Shown here piece after piece: positions 13,277-25,212 of a stretch of 64,000 nucleotides of DNA; position 1 is the stretch's first letter; each line of letters begins with the position of its first letter. The DNA comes from Trichosphaerium sp. ATCC 40318. Its lineage: Eukaryota > Protista > Tubulinea. The position numbers and the translations under genes are program-made. Under the pieces are notes generated by a model. It ran no database searches and was not told where the DNA came from. It was given only the letters and a program-made list of their open reading frames with translations. The stretch covers positions 62,001 through 126,000 of the forward strand of contig JALMLS010000579.1 of the NCBI GenBank assembly GCA_038496445.1, written 5' to 3'.

Positions 13277-14522
13277 TTATTTGGTATTTGTGTCAACATC
13301 AATGTATGTAATATTCGATGGAAAGTCTCTTTTCATGCTAGCACATACTTTTAGTGTGTCATCTATCTTGCACTTTTGTCTTTTTTCTACATTGTTCAAA
13401 TCTTGCTTCATCTCTGGATATCTTATACAGTACACATGCACAGGTGCTTTAGGCCTCCTCTTTAGTAACTTATATACATATTCTGTTTCTTTAAAAGTGA
13501 TGTAACCCGCTCTGACAAGAAACATTAATCAACAAATAAAGAAGGAAAAAAAAAGAAAAATAGGTAATGCTATTTCATTGAGTTGATTGTACCTTGGTAT
13601 CACGATAAGTATTAAATCTTTTGCCATGCTAGGAAGCGCCATTAAGTACCCACAACTTGCTGCACTTGGATAAATCTTCTCTGGAGCAAGAAAGTCAACA
13701 TTGATGCACTTCTTCCTAAGAGTTGCTAAAAAAGGTAGGAAGCCTTTAGGTGGTCTAAAAAAAAATCACGTGATTAACAAATACAAAATCAATCAATTTC
13801 AACAATTATCTTACGCGTTACTCCAACCACCAAACGTCTTCTTGCCATTTATAACAGCCATGTCACCATCATACCTAAAGACGACGAAGTCAGTACAAAA
13901 AAAACGAAAAAGAAGAAAAAAGACTGAGTTGTTGATTGTCATCTTGTTTCTTTGATAAGAGCTTTGCTGTACCCAATAATATACTTATCACACTTTGCGG
14001 ATTTATGTACCCAATCACTACGTTGAACACAAGCACCTGTTTGTACATATCCTCCTGAAATCAATAATGTCTTTATATCAGTTATATTACCTCCCCATTG
14101 AGGTCTACGGTACGCAGGATCTCCACCAGTCCATAAAACACTTACACCACGATGCTGTATAATCTAAAACACGATTTTAATAAACAGTAATTGAGAGAAA
14201 GTCGGTTTTTGTATTTTTCGTTTTCGGAAAAGTATTCAATGATTTCGATAAAAATTGTTAAACTCCTTTGTAAGTATTAACCACGCCGTTTTTCGTACGT
14301 TTATTCCTATTGCGTCTGCCACACGTTGTAAAAAGCGTTTTTGTATTACACTATGCCCAGAGCAACCTATAAGCGCGCATACAGTCTGTTCTTTACCAAG
14401 CAAGCCCTTTTCCGTCAGTTGAGCCAAAACTTGGTGATAATCGCCAAAAGAATTTGTGCGGAATACTTCAACGCATTAGCAAGCGAAAGTAGATGAAAAT
14501 GCGCACCTTCTGGATTAAACAT
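13277..14522 (-). CDS. Hypothetical alpha/beta protein, possibly SLOG/LOG-like fold
   Basis: Five exons splice in frame: MFNPE|VFRTN..CALIGCSG..VADAIGIN|IIQHRGVSVLWTGGDP..DLILIVIPR|AGYITFKETEYVY..PVHVYCI. The gene is well supported; the fold is inferred. Confidence 0.6.
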
Positions 14523-14728
14523 TTGGGTATTGCGTTTATGTATTGATTTACGTGGTGTCGAAGTCCCACGTTGTTAAAGTGAATGTATTGTTACGTTTAC
14601 AGCACAGCAGACCAAATTTGACAAGTGGCGGTAACTAAATGACACAAATGTCCCTCGTGTTTCCAAAATGAACTCAGATGATAGTTACTTGCCTGCAATC
14701 AATGCTGACGGCGTAGTCAAAGAATTTT

Positions 14729-15173
14729 ATGCGTATCCTGGGCAAGGACCAGAGGTATGTATGGCCCAGTGTTTCGAGGAGCCATATTTACTACGGAAAG
14801 AATTTAAGCTATCACAGCAAAACTCAGAATGTATTCACAGGCTCGCAATGACCCTAATTACGCTCAACTAACAAACTACAGGTGTACTATGAAAAGAAAA
14901 GCTTTCGCTGAGTACGTTTAATGTTAAATCATTTATAAGCGCTTAAACTAACATTCATGCGCTTTTAGAATCTACACAGAGTTGTACAAATCAAGACAAG
15001 CACAATCAGGCTTCTATCTTTCATATCTAACAGAACGCAACAAAGAGCTCCTATATTTACTAAAAGACTACCAACCGTCACTATACAATCGTGCTAGAAG
15101 GTATTTTTTCAAACGAGTTGAACGCAGAATTATACCATTGGCACAGCGACAAAAGAACCCTAGTGTATCGTAA
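14729..15173 (+). CDS. Small hypothetical protein (start uncertain)
   Basis: GT-AG joins give MRILGKDQR|CTMKRKAFAE|IYTELYKSRQ...KNPSVS*. No recognisable domain. Confidence 0.4.
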
Positions 15174-15410
15174 TTGCTTGGTACACTTTAAAAAATGGCA
15201 GTAATTGAGTTTATTGGTCTATACTACAGAGTTGTAAATTTTTGTAAAGTAGTAAAACAGCAGTAAATTTGCTTCAAACTTAAAAACTGTGTCAAAGTTG
15301 CCTATAATAACTACACTACCTAATCGCTTCTTATTGCAATACAGTGTCGTGTATTTTGGTTTTACCTTAACTTAAAACAACTTAAGTTTTTGATTCAAAA
15401 ACCAACAAAA

Positions 15411-17466
15411 ATGGACGCATTAACAATGCAAGATCTTATAAAGACGGAGGATTCGTTTTCCTATGACTCATACAGTGATGAGATGATGGATTTCTTCGTT
15501 GGTGATTTAAAGTACGCGAGACAAACTACAAAAACCGAAAAACAATTAACCTTTCGTTTAGTGAAGAGCTAAGCGTAATCCCACCTCCTCCAGAGGCTAC
15601 AATTCCGCATTTGGAGGAACAAGCGGCACTTTGTGAGCTTCGGCACGAGATCGAACAGCAAGCACTCCAACTACAGCAAATTCGAGAGGAGATTGTGTTT
15701 TCAGAAGATACAAGCCATAATGAAATTAACGAAAGCGTTTTGTTTGCGCTTTCTAAAAAGCTTGAAAATCAAGCACAGTACTTGTACGTACCGAAATAAC
15801 CAACTGTTTTATGTACTATTTTATGTTAAACTTTTCGTTGCAGAGCAAACACAAAATCCCTCAGTATGCTTACACCACGCGATCTATATGATGTAGAGCA
15901 ACTACAACAGGACGTAAACGTCCAATACCAACATGCACACGTAATTCTAAACCAGCTCCGCTTTCAAACAAACACAAGCACTCATATACCGTACGTACTA
16001 GTTTATCATTAAACCCTTTTAAAAACCCAAGTTACCAGATACACCTTTTCTACCTTTTTTGGCCTACTCCTCTTTTGGTCATCTAAATAACAAACTGAGG
16101 GCTTCAAATCGTTGTATTTAAACAGAATATACGGTTTTTAAAAGTCTGATTGTCTGGACTCCCTTTTTTACGCCAAAAACAACGTCTACTCTGTAATTCC
16201 TCGCTTTCTAACTCGATTTTTTTAATATAGAGGACCATGTCTTGTAATAGAAAGACAACCAATGCCTTGGGTTTTTATGAAAAAACGTCAGATGAACGCA
16301 GCGGATGTAATCCGCGTTCGATTACTAGTTCCTCCTGGAATGGAAGTAAAGTACCCTGCTAAAGTAAAGCTTGTTCTTCAGCCTTACTCGTCTAAATTGA
16401 CGAAAATGGGTAAAGCAGTAGACAAGGCTGAAGCGAAGATTGATCCAAAGACAAACGTTGCTACATTTAATTTCACATTCGTGCAAGGTACCAGAATGGA
16501 CCTAGCACACTTGAAATTCTCTGCAACGTTATGTGTTTGGAACGGTCAGTCTTGGGTTACACAGCAAGTTGATTCTGCTGTTTCGAAGCCTATTATAGTT
16601 ATAACTAATGAGGCGCAGTTTCACGATGCGTTATATCGTCTCATACAGTTATCTGTGTTCGCACGCTCTGTACGTTTTTTTGATTTTTTTTTGTTGTTTT
16701 TTTTGATTTTTGGCTTATTTTTTATTTTAAAGGATTGTGCACCATGGAATCTTGTTGCAAATGAAATACAGCGCGCTTTCATACGCTCTACGTCTCAAGA
16801 TCGGGCAAATCCAGCGAGACCTTTATCTGTTCCTGATTTGTGTTTTTTTCACAATACTTTCTATGAGGGACAACCTTATGTATCTAGACTTCAGTTCGAT
16901 ACATTTTGGAAGATGTTCGGTAACGTCATCCAAAAATTGAGGTACGTGTTTTTAAATATAACTAAAAACCTAAATCGGGTTTTGATCAAAAACTTATTCT
17001 AAACCCTTTATTTTGTAGGTATTTTAAGCATTTGGCGTGTTTATGGTCTTCTGGTAAGATTGCTGGATTTATGGACCGCGAAGTACTTAACCAGTCCATG
17101 GCTACACTACCTGCCAACTCCTTTCTCGTATACTTTGCAAAGAGCACGAATGGCGAACTTGCAATAGCTTATCGAGTAAACCCAGCTAATAATGGAGGAA
17201 ACCCTATGAAGTATTATCTAATAACCCAACACGATATTCACTCTCATCGTAAATCGCTTCCAGACTTTTTACGAGATAAAGGTCAGTTCGTCTATTTACT
17301 CAAGACAGTAAGTACCAATCAGTATGGTAGACCTATCTATGTTACTGAACAGAAGGAAACTGCTCTTTGTTCGATGTATTCGAAAATATCACCTAAACGC
17401 CAACTTAAGATTCCTGGGTTTCAACCATTGTCTCCTCATGATATTCCTACATCTCCTGTACATTAA
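15411..17466 (+). CDS. Dictyostelium-type STAT (coiled coil, Ig-like DNA-binding domain, linker, SH2); SH2 and phospho-site degenerate
   Basis: CLVIERQPMP, FVQGTR, SKPIIVITNEAQF, PARPLS, FDTFWKMFGNVIQKLRY..LW..G.I.GF, KSLPDFL are co-linear with Dictyostelium STATs. Confidence 0.92.
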
Positions 17467-17856
17467 CGAGCCGACGTCTCATTAATATACACAAAGAGGT
17501 GACTGGTTTTATTGTGTTCGTGTTACAATACGAAGCTCAGTGGTCTGTGTTGATATTATTAATAAAAAAACTTTTCAGAAATCACGACGTGAAAGTACGC
17601 ATTAGTCTCCATGTTGCGTGTGCTAGTGTTTGTTGTCTTTTCTATGGACTTCATGTGAAGGTAAGGCATAACAGAACTGACCGTACCCCATCCTACATTA
17701 TGTTTCAAAACAACTCCCGATCTGTTGAATCACGTGACTTAACGTTGAACGAATAATTTCGTTTTTTGTGAAGGAGTGAATACAAAACGTATGAATTGAC
17801 ATTTTGTCGTTTTTTAACGTTAACGGCCTTAAAGTTTAAAAAGACTAGCGATAAAC

Positions 17857-19545
17857 ATGGCAACAACAGAAATCACTCAATATGACCAGTACGGCTTCGA
17901 AATAGATAAAGAGTATGTTTCAGATCCTTTCTACACTGCTAGAATGCGACACAGATGCTGGAACTGGTTAAAACTGGTACGCGTGAATTTTTATTGTAAA
18001 TTCAGGTTTTTTGTTTGGCTTGTAATTGCTTGAGCTGATAGCACTGCGTGAGGTTAATGTTGACGCACATATTAAAACAAGTAAAGTATCAGGTAAGTTG
18101 TTTATTTAATTAATGTAGCTTCTAAATGTATCTGTTAATAATAAGGTGGTCTATACTGGCGTTTAGCTAACTTACCTGTACGTTAAAGTTTTTGAATTAT
18201 TTTTTTTGTTATTATGATAAAGTTTCGTTTAAATTTCATCACAGAGGCACTAAAATACTTCTATAGGAACCTCCGTCCACAACTGATATCAAGGAAGATC
18301 TTGCCAGGACATTTCCAGGACATAAAATGTAAGCACAATCGAGATTTCCAGCAAAGTATGAGTGATGTTCTGGTGATTTTTTTTTACACTAAGTGTTAAC
18401 CCATCACGCAGTAGCGAAGGATAATATGTCACAATTTTATAGTTTTATTTATAGTCACCGGTGACATAAATTAGACTTTATTTTTTGTTGATGGACAGCC
18501 TGATTTTTTAAGAGAATATTATTTGCATTAACACGTGCTTTTTAAGGTTTGAAGATGAACATGGTGAGGGTCGGGCTGCAATGTATCGTATATTAAAAGC
18601 ATATTGCCTGTACGAGCACGTTATAGGTTATTGCCAAGGAATGAACTTTATTGCCGGTATGTTGTTAATAGTGGGTATGCAAGAAGAAGTAAGTCGTTTT
18701 GTGAGACAATTTTTAAATTCTAATGGGTTTTTTTTTCTTCAAAAGGAAGCGTTTTGGACGTTATGTAGTCTTATGCAATCTCTTAAACTATCATCATATT
18801 ATGAGCAAGGAATGCCGGGTATTAAACAAGACACTAAAATATTGAGAAGACGTCTACGAGCTGAGATGCCTGAGTAAGATTTTTATCTTTGAATGCAGCT
18901 ATCAACCATGTGTTTTTATAATGGCTGTTTTTAGGTTCATGGAAAAGTTGAATGATTTTGGTATACCGGTCATGTTATTCACTTCTAATTGGTTTTTGTC
19001 ATTGTACGCTTTTTTTTTTTGGCCAATACAAGCGTGCTTAAACCCGGTTTAAGTTTTGGTTTTTCTGGTTGTTCTTTTTTTTCCCCTAATGTTTGTCTTG
19101 TCCACTAGGTATACAGATTTGGAAAATTTCGGCCTTGTTTTAGCAATATGGTACACTTGCAAATTTTAAATGGACATCACGTGTATTTCACGTGTACAAA
19201 ATAAGATATAACCTTTTTTAACTCAATTTCAACTTAGGGATCATATATTCTTAAACGGAAGAAAGGGCATAATAGATGTAGCTTTTTATATCATAGAGGC
19301 TTTTAAAGATGAAATTATGGCAACAAAAAGACCTGAAGAAGCATTACCATTATTATTAAACGTAAGTACTAGGGTGTTCATACTGACCTTGAGTCAAACA
19401 CCAAAAACAAACAAGTCAAAAAAAAAATCCGGAAAAAAACATAAATTGTTTACTTCTGTTTTTTTAGCTACCAAAAAACAACCTTACAGTAGAGCGTGTT
19501 TTCCCTACTACAACAACGACAACAACAGAAAAGACAAATACATAA
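17857..19545 (+). CDS. TBC-domain Rab GTPase-activating protein
   Basis: YDQYGF; IKEDLARTFPGH (R finger); GYCQGMNFIAGMLL (Q finger); EAFWTL; WFLSLY; IWDHIFLNG. The splicing of the early exons is ambiguous. Confidence 0.92.
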
Positions 19546-20000
19546 CAACTAAGAAAAAATAAGGAAAAGGAAAAAAAGGAGTAAAGAACGAAAAACTGTA
19601 GCTGGCGCAGAAAAAAAAAAAGCAGAAAAAAAGGATTCTAATTGTACATACAACCGCTGTAACTCTTTACCAATAAAACAACATTTCATCCCAAACAGCG
19701 GCAACCATAAGAAGCATTACTTAGTACGCTAGTAACGCTTGAGAATCAAAAACGGCCAGTCGCTCAGAGACATACTTTTTATGTTACATCTTTAACAAAC
19801 TCTGGCTTTTGTACTCCCTCCTCCCTCCAGAATGACCTCAGGTTTTAATCTGCTGATAAAAACGGTATTTCAAATTGGTGGTATAACGAATAATAATGAG
19901 TTATAAACAGTGAATTATGAGCACACAAAAAACGTTCCCAGAAAACTAAATCTTTTCACAGTGAATTTTTTGTTGTTTAATGTTTTATTCTTCTGTTTTC

Positions 20001-22170
20001 TTATCTCTTCGCAGGCGCCATTATTGGAGCATTCTCAGGTACTTTTTTAAGTTCAAATGGAGCGTCTTTCTTATAATATTCCTGGGCTTCGATCTGTTTT
20101 TTTTTAGTCAGATATTGCTGTGCTAATTCAATCGATAGAGTTTTGGGTTTTAGCTGTGCGTCGTTGTATACTTTAGCCATGCCAATTGCAGAAAACTGTT
20201 GATACTCAAGCATAATCGCTGCATCTGAAAATAACAAAGTAAGTCATCAAAAAAACAAGAAGAAAGGACTAAGAGCAACACAGGCTTCCAATTCCTTGAA
20301 GGTTTTTTCAGCAAGAAAGTACATACCTCTAAGTGCACGTTTGTACGCCTTCTTTGCCTCTTCAGTGGCTTGTGGATCTTCAAAAGCCCTTTTTGCTCTG
20401 ATTATTCTTGCTTCCATATCGAAAACATTGTCAGAGTGAACTTGAAGTTGAGGTTGAGGTTGAGCTTGTGGTTGAGGTTGTGATTGAGGTTGCCCTAGCG
20501 GTTGAGGTAGCGACTAGAGGTTGGGCTAGAGGTTGGACTATAGGTTGTTGCAAGGGAAACTGCTGTTGAGGTTGACCTTGAGGCTGAGGTTGAAGTTGAG
20601 GTCCACCAAGTCCTCCCGCAAGTGAAGGGTTTGATGCGATGCCGGCAGCAGCACCAGCAAGTGCATCCAAACCATTACCAGCATTAATTGGAGGATTTAC
20701 AACTCCAAAGGTATCAGTATTGTGTACAACAGGGAACTGTTGTATATTGTTATTGTTATTAAACCCTTGGTTCTGTTGCTGTTGTTGTTGGTTGTTATTA
20801 AAACCATTATTAAAGCCATTATTGCCTCCATTGTTATTGAAGCCGTTATTACCTCCATTGTTGTTAAAGCCGTTATTGCCTCCATTATTGTTGAAGCCAT
20901 TATTAAATCCATTGTTATTATTGAAACCGTTTTGGCCTTGCTGTTGTTGTTGTTGTTGGTTGTTAAAGCCATTATTGTTATTGAAACCATTATTGTTACC
21001 TCCAACATTGTTAAACCCTTGGTTGTTATTATTAAACCCATTCTGTTGTTGCTGTTGGTTGTTAAACCCTTGGTTGTTATTGTTACCCCCAAACCCATTT
21101 TGTTGTTGTTGTTGTTGTTGTTGATTTCCTCCTGGGTTACCATGTGAGAACCTACATTTATTTCCGTATCTACAACCACCTGGTGTTTGGAAATATCTGC
21201 AAAGTTTTTTGTTTCCGTTATTTTTCCCTCCACCATTGTTCCCTCCATTATTGTTAAACCCGTTCTGTCCTTGCTGTTGATTATTAAATCCGTTGTTACC
21301 ACCATTGTTATTAAAACCGTTATTGCCTCCATTATTGTTGAAGCCATTATTGAAGCCACCATTGTTCCCTCCGTTGTTGTTATTAAAGCCGTTTTGTTGC
21401 TGTTGTTCAAATACACTGCCATTGTTATTAAAAAATCCAGGATTGTAGTTATTTCCATTCTGTATTACTTGTTTTATGTAATTATCCCTGTAACAGATTG
21501 TTATTAGGACACGTGGTTTTGATTTTTAGTTCAAAACGAAAAAAAACTGAAGATCAGTTTTTTCTTTTTTTTTTCTTTTATACCTTTTTTTAATATCTTC
21601 ATAGAACACGAAAGGGTTCAGTTTTAGTTGACCTGCTCTACTTCTATGTGTTTTAATAGTTTGTGTAATTCTAGATTTCTAAGAAAAAAGTAAGATGGAG
21701 CAGCATAGCGTCCACTGGCGACGCAAAGAAGAAGAAGAAAAAATTCTCTTCGAGAAAAAAAAACATCTCCAAAGAAAAAAAAAGGTACTTGCATGTTGCT
21801 CAATCTGTCCTTGTCTTTGTGACTTATAGGCATCCCATCTCACCTCCTCTTGGCTTATATCGCCTTCTAAAAGAGAATCGCTATCCTGAGGAGGAAGTGG
21901 AGCATAACAAGTAAGAAGCCAAACATTTTTTTGCTTGGCTTTTACACTGTTATTGTATTGACCCTCGAATAGATCGTCTCGTATCTTTGCTCTATTTTTA
22001 AAGGCGTCAGAGGCATAGAGATCACATTTGTTTAAGAGCTGATTGAGAAATTGCTTGAATGGCGTTGTTTTAACGGAGATTGAGTAGAACGTACACCAGT
22101 AGTTTCTTTGGGATGTTTTGTAGCTTGTAAGCTTTTTGTTGGTTGTTGTAGTTTGGGTTTCCTCCGCCAT
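20001..22170 (-). CDS. Nup42/CG1 (NUPL2)-like nucleoporin with CCCH zinc finger; apparent frameshift near 20511
   Basis: WLLTCYAP..GDISQEEVRWDAY (CG1 motif), CRYFQTPGGCRYGNKCRFSH (CCCH), and C-terminal FELKKVPENAP (Gle1-binding-like). Confidence 0.75.
20750..21430 (-). repeat. Coding low-complexity repeat: GFNNN(GG)/polyQ units
   Basis: Recurrent GGT/GGC TTT/TTC AAT AAC AAT units on the minus strand. Confidence 0.9.
21679..21792 (-). other. GC-AG intron
   Basis: CAT|GCAAGT...CTTAG|AAATCT is the only phase-0 donor I found that keeps the next two exons open. The nearby GT gives an immediate TAG. Confidence 0.7.
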
Positions 22171-22741
22171 TGTAATTATTGTTTTTACCTCTAAATGGAT
22201 TATTAGTGGTTAGTTTAAGCGTATTTTGGGCGTTTTAGTAGATGAGATATAATTTGACGCGTGTAAAAAAATTAAATTGGTTAAAGTGGTGTTATTATGA
22301 TGGTAGAATGTATTTTTGAGTTTTAACGCCTTTTTACGTGCCTGTAGTTATTATTATTGTTGTTTTTATGCTACACAGATATTACTTACACCCGTAGCAC
22401 TAGAATGCGCGTACCTTCTTGCCTTTGCCTTTCTTATTTTTATTTTTTTTCTTTGACCACATAATCGCAAGTGTTTATGCAATCGCACTACAATGTAACA
22501 ACTTGTTGTTGACTCAAATCTTCACGTTGCGGTTTTTTTTTCTTTTTCACTTATTTTGCGTATTCAATCTCTATTACACGTTATGTGAAGAGAAAGAGCG
22601 TTGAAGATTCCAAAGGTAATGTAGAAAAACAATTTGGCGGTAAGGAAGTCCAGTTTTTTAAACTGATTCTCGCGGTTTAAACTTGGGTCTGATTTTAGTC
22701 TGTTTTCTGGTAATCATTTATTAACTGCGTTCACGATAAAG

Positions 22742-24854
22742 ATGGAGTCATGTCCGATCTTTGACGAAAGTATGGGTACAGAGAAGCTTCCTTGTAGTGA
22801 AACGACGGCTTCTCCTCGAATGGTACCAACAACGTCGTTTTTTGCCAAGTCACCGCGAAAGGAGTTACCTTCACCACTTTTAAACTTAAAACGGTTACCC
22901 AGTTACAAATTATGTACCAAAAAACGTAAATCACCTTCAAAATCCATCAACAAGCATCAAGATATACAAACAACACCTCCAGCCAAAAAACGGTTGAAAT
23001 TCGCAGAAGAAAACAATCAAAACGTAGAAAACATCTCTGACGCAAGCGTACGCTTTGTACTACGTATGTAGTTAACTTACAGAGGTTTTTAAAGAAGTCT
23101 AGATTACCTATTCCAACATATCACAAAAATCCAAAAAAACAGTTCATCCAAGCAAAGCAACAAATGGAACAAGAAGATAAACAGTATGCGTCGTTTCAGT
23201 CTCAGAGACTCATTTTGGTTTTTTTTCGTTTTTTTCAGAATTTTTTTTGTTTGTCACGTGTGCTTCACTTGTGTTGATTTAATTACAATTCAGAACAATG
23301 GCACTGCGTCAAGAATTTAAAAAGTATATTGTAACGTCTCCTACTAAAGTTGTAGTACCAGCAACTCAGGCGCCAATATTTGATAAAGAGAACCATCGTG
23401 GTCATCATGTCGAACGTGTCAATGTCAACAATATAAGGTTTCAACGTACGGAAGGGTTTTCACGTTATCTTTAACAGCTGACGCTATAACCAGGCCAATT
23501 TTTTCACTATGTCAATGACTTCAATGTTGACATAGGAGCTGGTATCGTCGTACGTGAAACTGTTTTTTTTCTGAGAAAAAAATTTGTAACATGACATGGT
23601 AGATGCTTGACGAGGTTTTTACTATGGATGAGATTGTCCAAATCGAAAAAAACGCACGAGCGTCATTTGAAAGCAGCTCTCATGGACTTCTAAAAGTTGA
23701 CTCGGTTGCTCAATTTCCATTGTATGTTCATCCCTTGCTTACCTTTTTTTTGTATTTGTCGCCTTATTACTGATACTTCGAACAGTAGAACAACTTTGTT
23801 TTATGGACACCACGAACAATATGTCAAAACAGCTGAGAGACAAAAAGGTGTATGGAACAATGTACCTGTCGAACCACTAGAACAATGGTAAAGATTTACT
23901 CATCCAGCTTTGCAGGTAATAATTTTTTTCTTTAAGGATGACAAAGATTACCGATAGATTAAAACGTATTGGTGTATTCACATCCAAAGATCCTGATACA
24001 GTGACAATTGATTACATAAAACCAGGAGGAACAATTCCGCCTCACGTCAGTAGTGCTGACTTTGAACCTCTGTACGTTTGAAACTCATATAGTTTTGTGA
24101 TAATCACTCACTTTTTTTTTTTAGTATTGCCTATGTGTGTCTATTCAAGTACGTCCATAATATCATTAGACAGTATGTATGTTGATCTAATATGTTATCT
24201 AGCGAAACGGTAGTCAGTTTCGGAGGTAAATACAACCGTGATAATGCATTAAATGGCAAGGACTCAGAAAATATTAAATTTACTGTTCCCATAAGTGTTG
24301 GCAGTGTTCTTGTTCTACACGGGCGGGCAGTTAACAGAGTACTATTTAGTATAACCCCAGGATCACCGCTAACAATCTAAACGCGTAGATAACACATTCA
24401 ATAGAGCCCTCGGACGTCAAACATCAAACAGCGACATTGTGTATTAGGTACAGAAAACTCACAACTTTTTTTTTACCAGTCTTGATGCGAGGCTTGAAAC
24501 ATAACGTTCAAAGTACATTTTCCTTGCGTTTCGAAGCTCCTTTTGGGCTATACAATCAAACTGTCGGAAATCAAATTACCCCGAAATCGGACTTTTTCTC
24601 AAACAATAATCCGACCGCCTGGATATTCGATTTTCACAAACTACAAAATGGCAAAAACTTACTATTTTTGGACTACAACATATTTTCTTAACTTATGGAT
24701 GCTTACATTGTATTGTTAATGTTATAGAGTTGTTGATAAATGGAGTAAGAATGCACTTGCCTACAAATCAAGAGAGAACAGCCCAACACAGAGCAAAATT
24801 GACCATTTCTATTCAACATCACCCGAAAAAACCCAAGGACTACCCAAAACGTGA
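22742..24854 (+). CDS. ALKBH5/ALKBH9-10-like AlkB-fold protein with degenerate active site and basic disordered N-terminus
   Basis: Spliced sequence GIVMLDEVFTMDEIVQIE..GLLKVDSV..RTTLFYG..VEPLEQWM..KPGGTIPPHVS..FEPLIAYVCLFNETVVSFG..VPISVGSVLVLHG..ITHSIEPSDVKHQTATLCIR is co-linear with ALKBH5. Confidence 0.8.
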
Positions 24855-25212
24855 ATAGAGCCATGGTATCTTACCATGGCGGTTCTTTTAGTGTAAATTA
24901 ACCAATTCGTCTTGTAAAAAACCGGTACTTTTTTGGAACAACATGTACTTTAGTAAAACTGTTTAAACAAACCATCCACATCGTAGATACGCTTGAACTA
25001 CATTTGATATGCTCCACACGTTTCTTTTTTGGGCGGAAAATGCTTAAAAGGGATGATATCGGTATTTGTATTATACTCATTTGTTTAACTCGTAGTTTCA
25101 ATTTCGGGCCTTTTGTGGAACACGCAAGGAAAAAAAGAACTACCTTTTTGGAATAATTAGGTCAAAAACAGTCTCTAGTCCTTTACTGCAATAGCAACAA
25201 CAGCAAGACGCT

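Noticed and set aside
20639-21507. Overlapping poly-L/C/I/T ORFs in several frames
   Set aside because: They are off-frame or antisense readings of the GFNNN/polyQ repeat.
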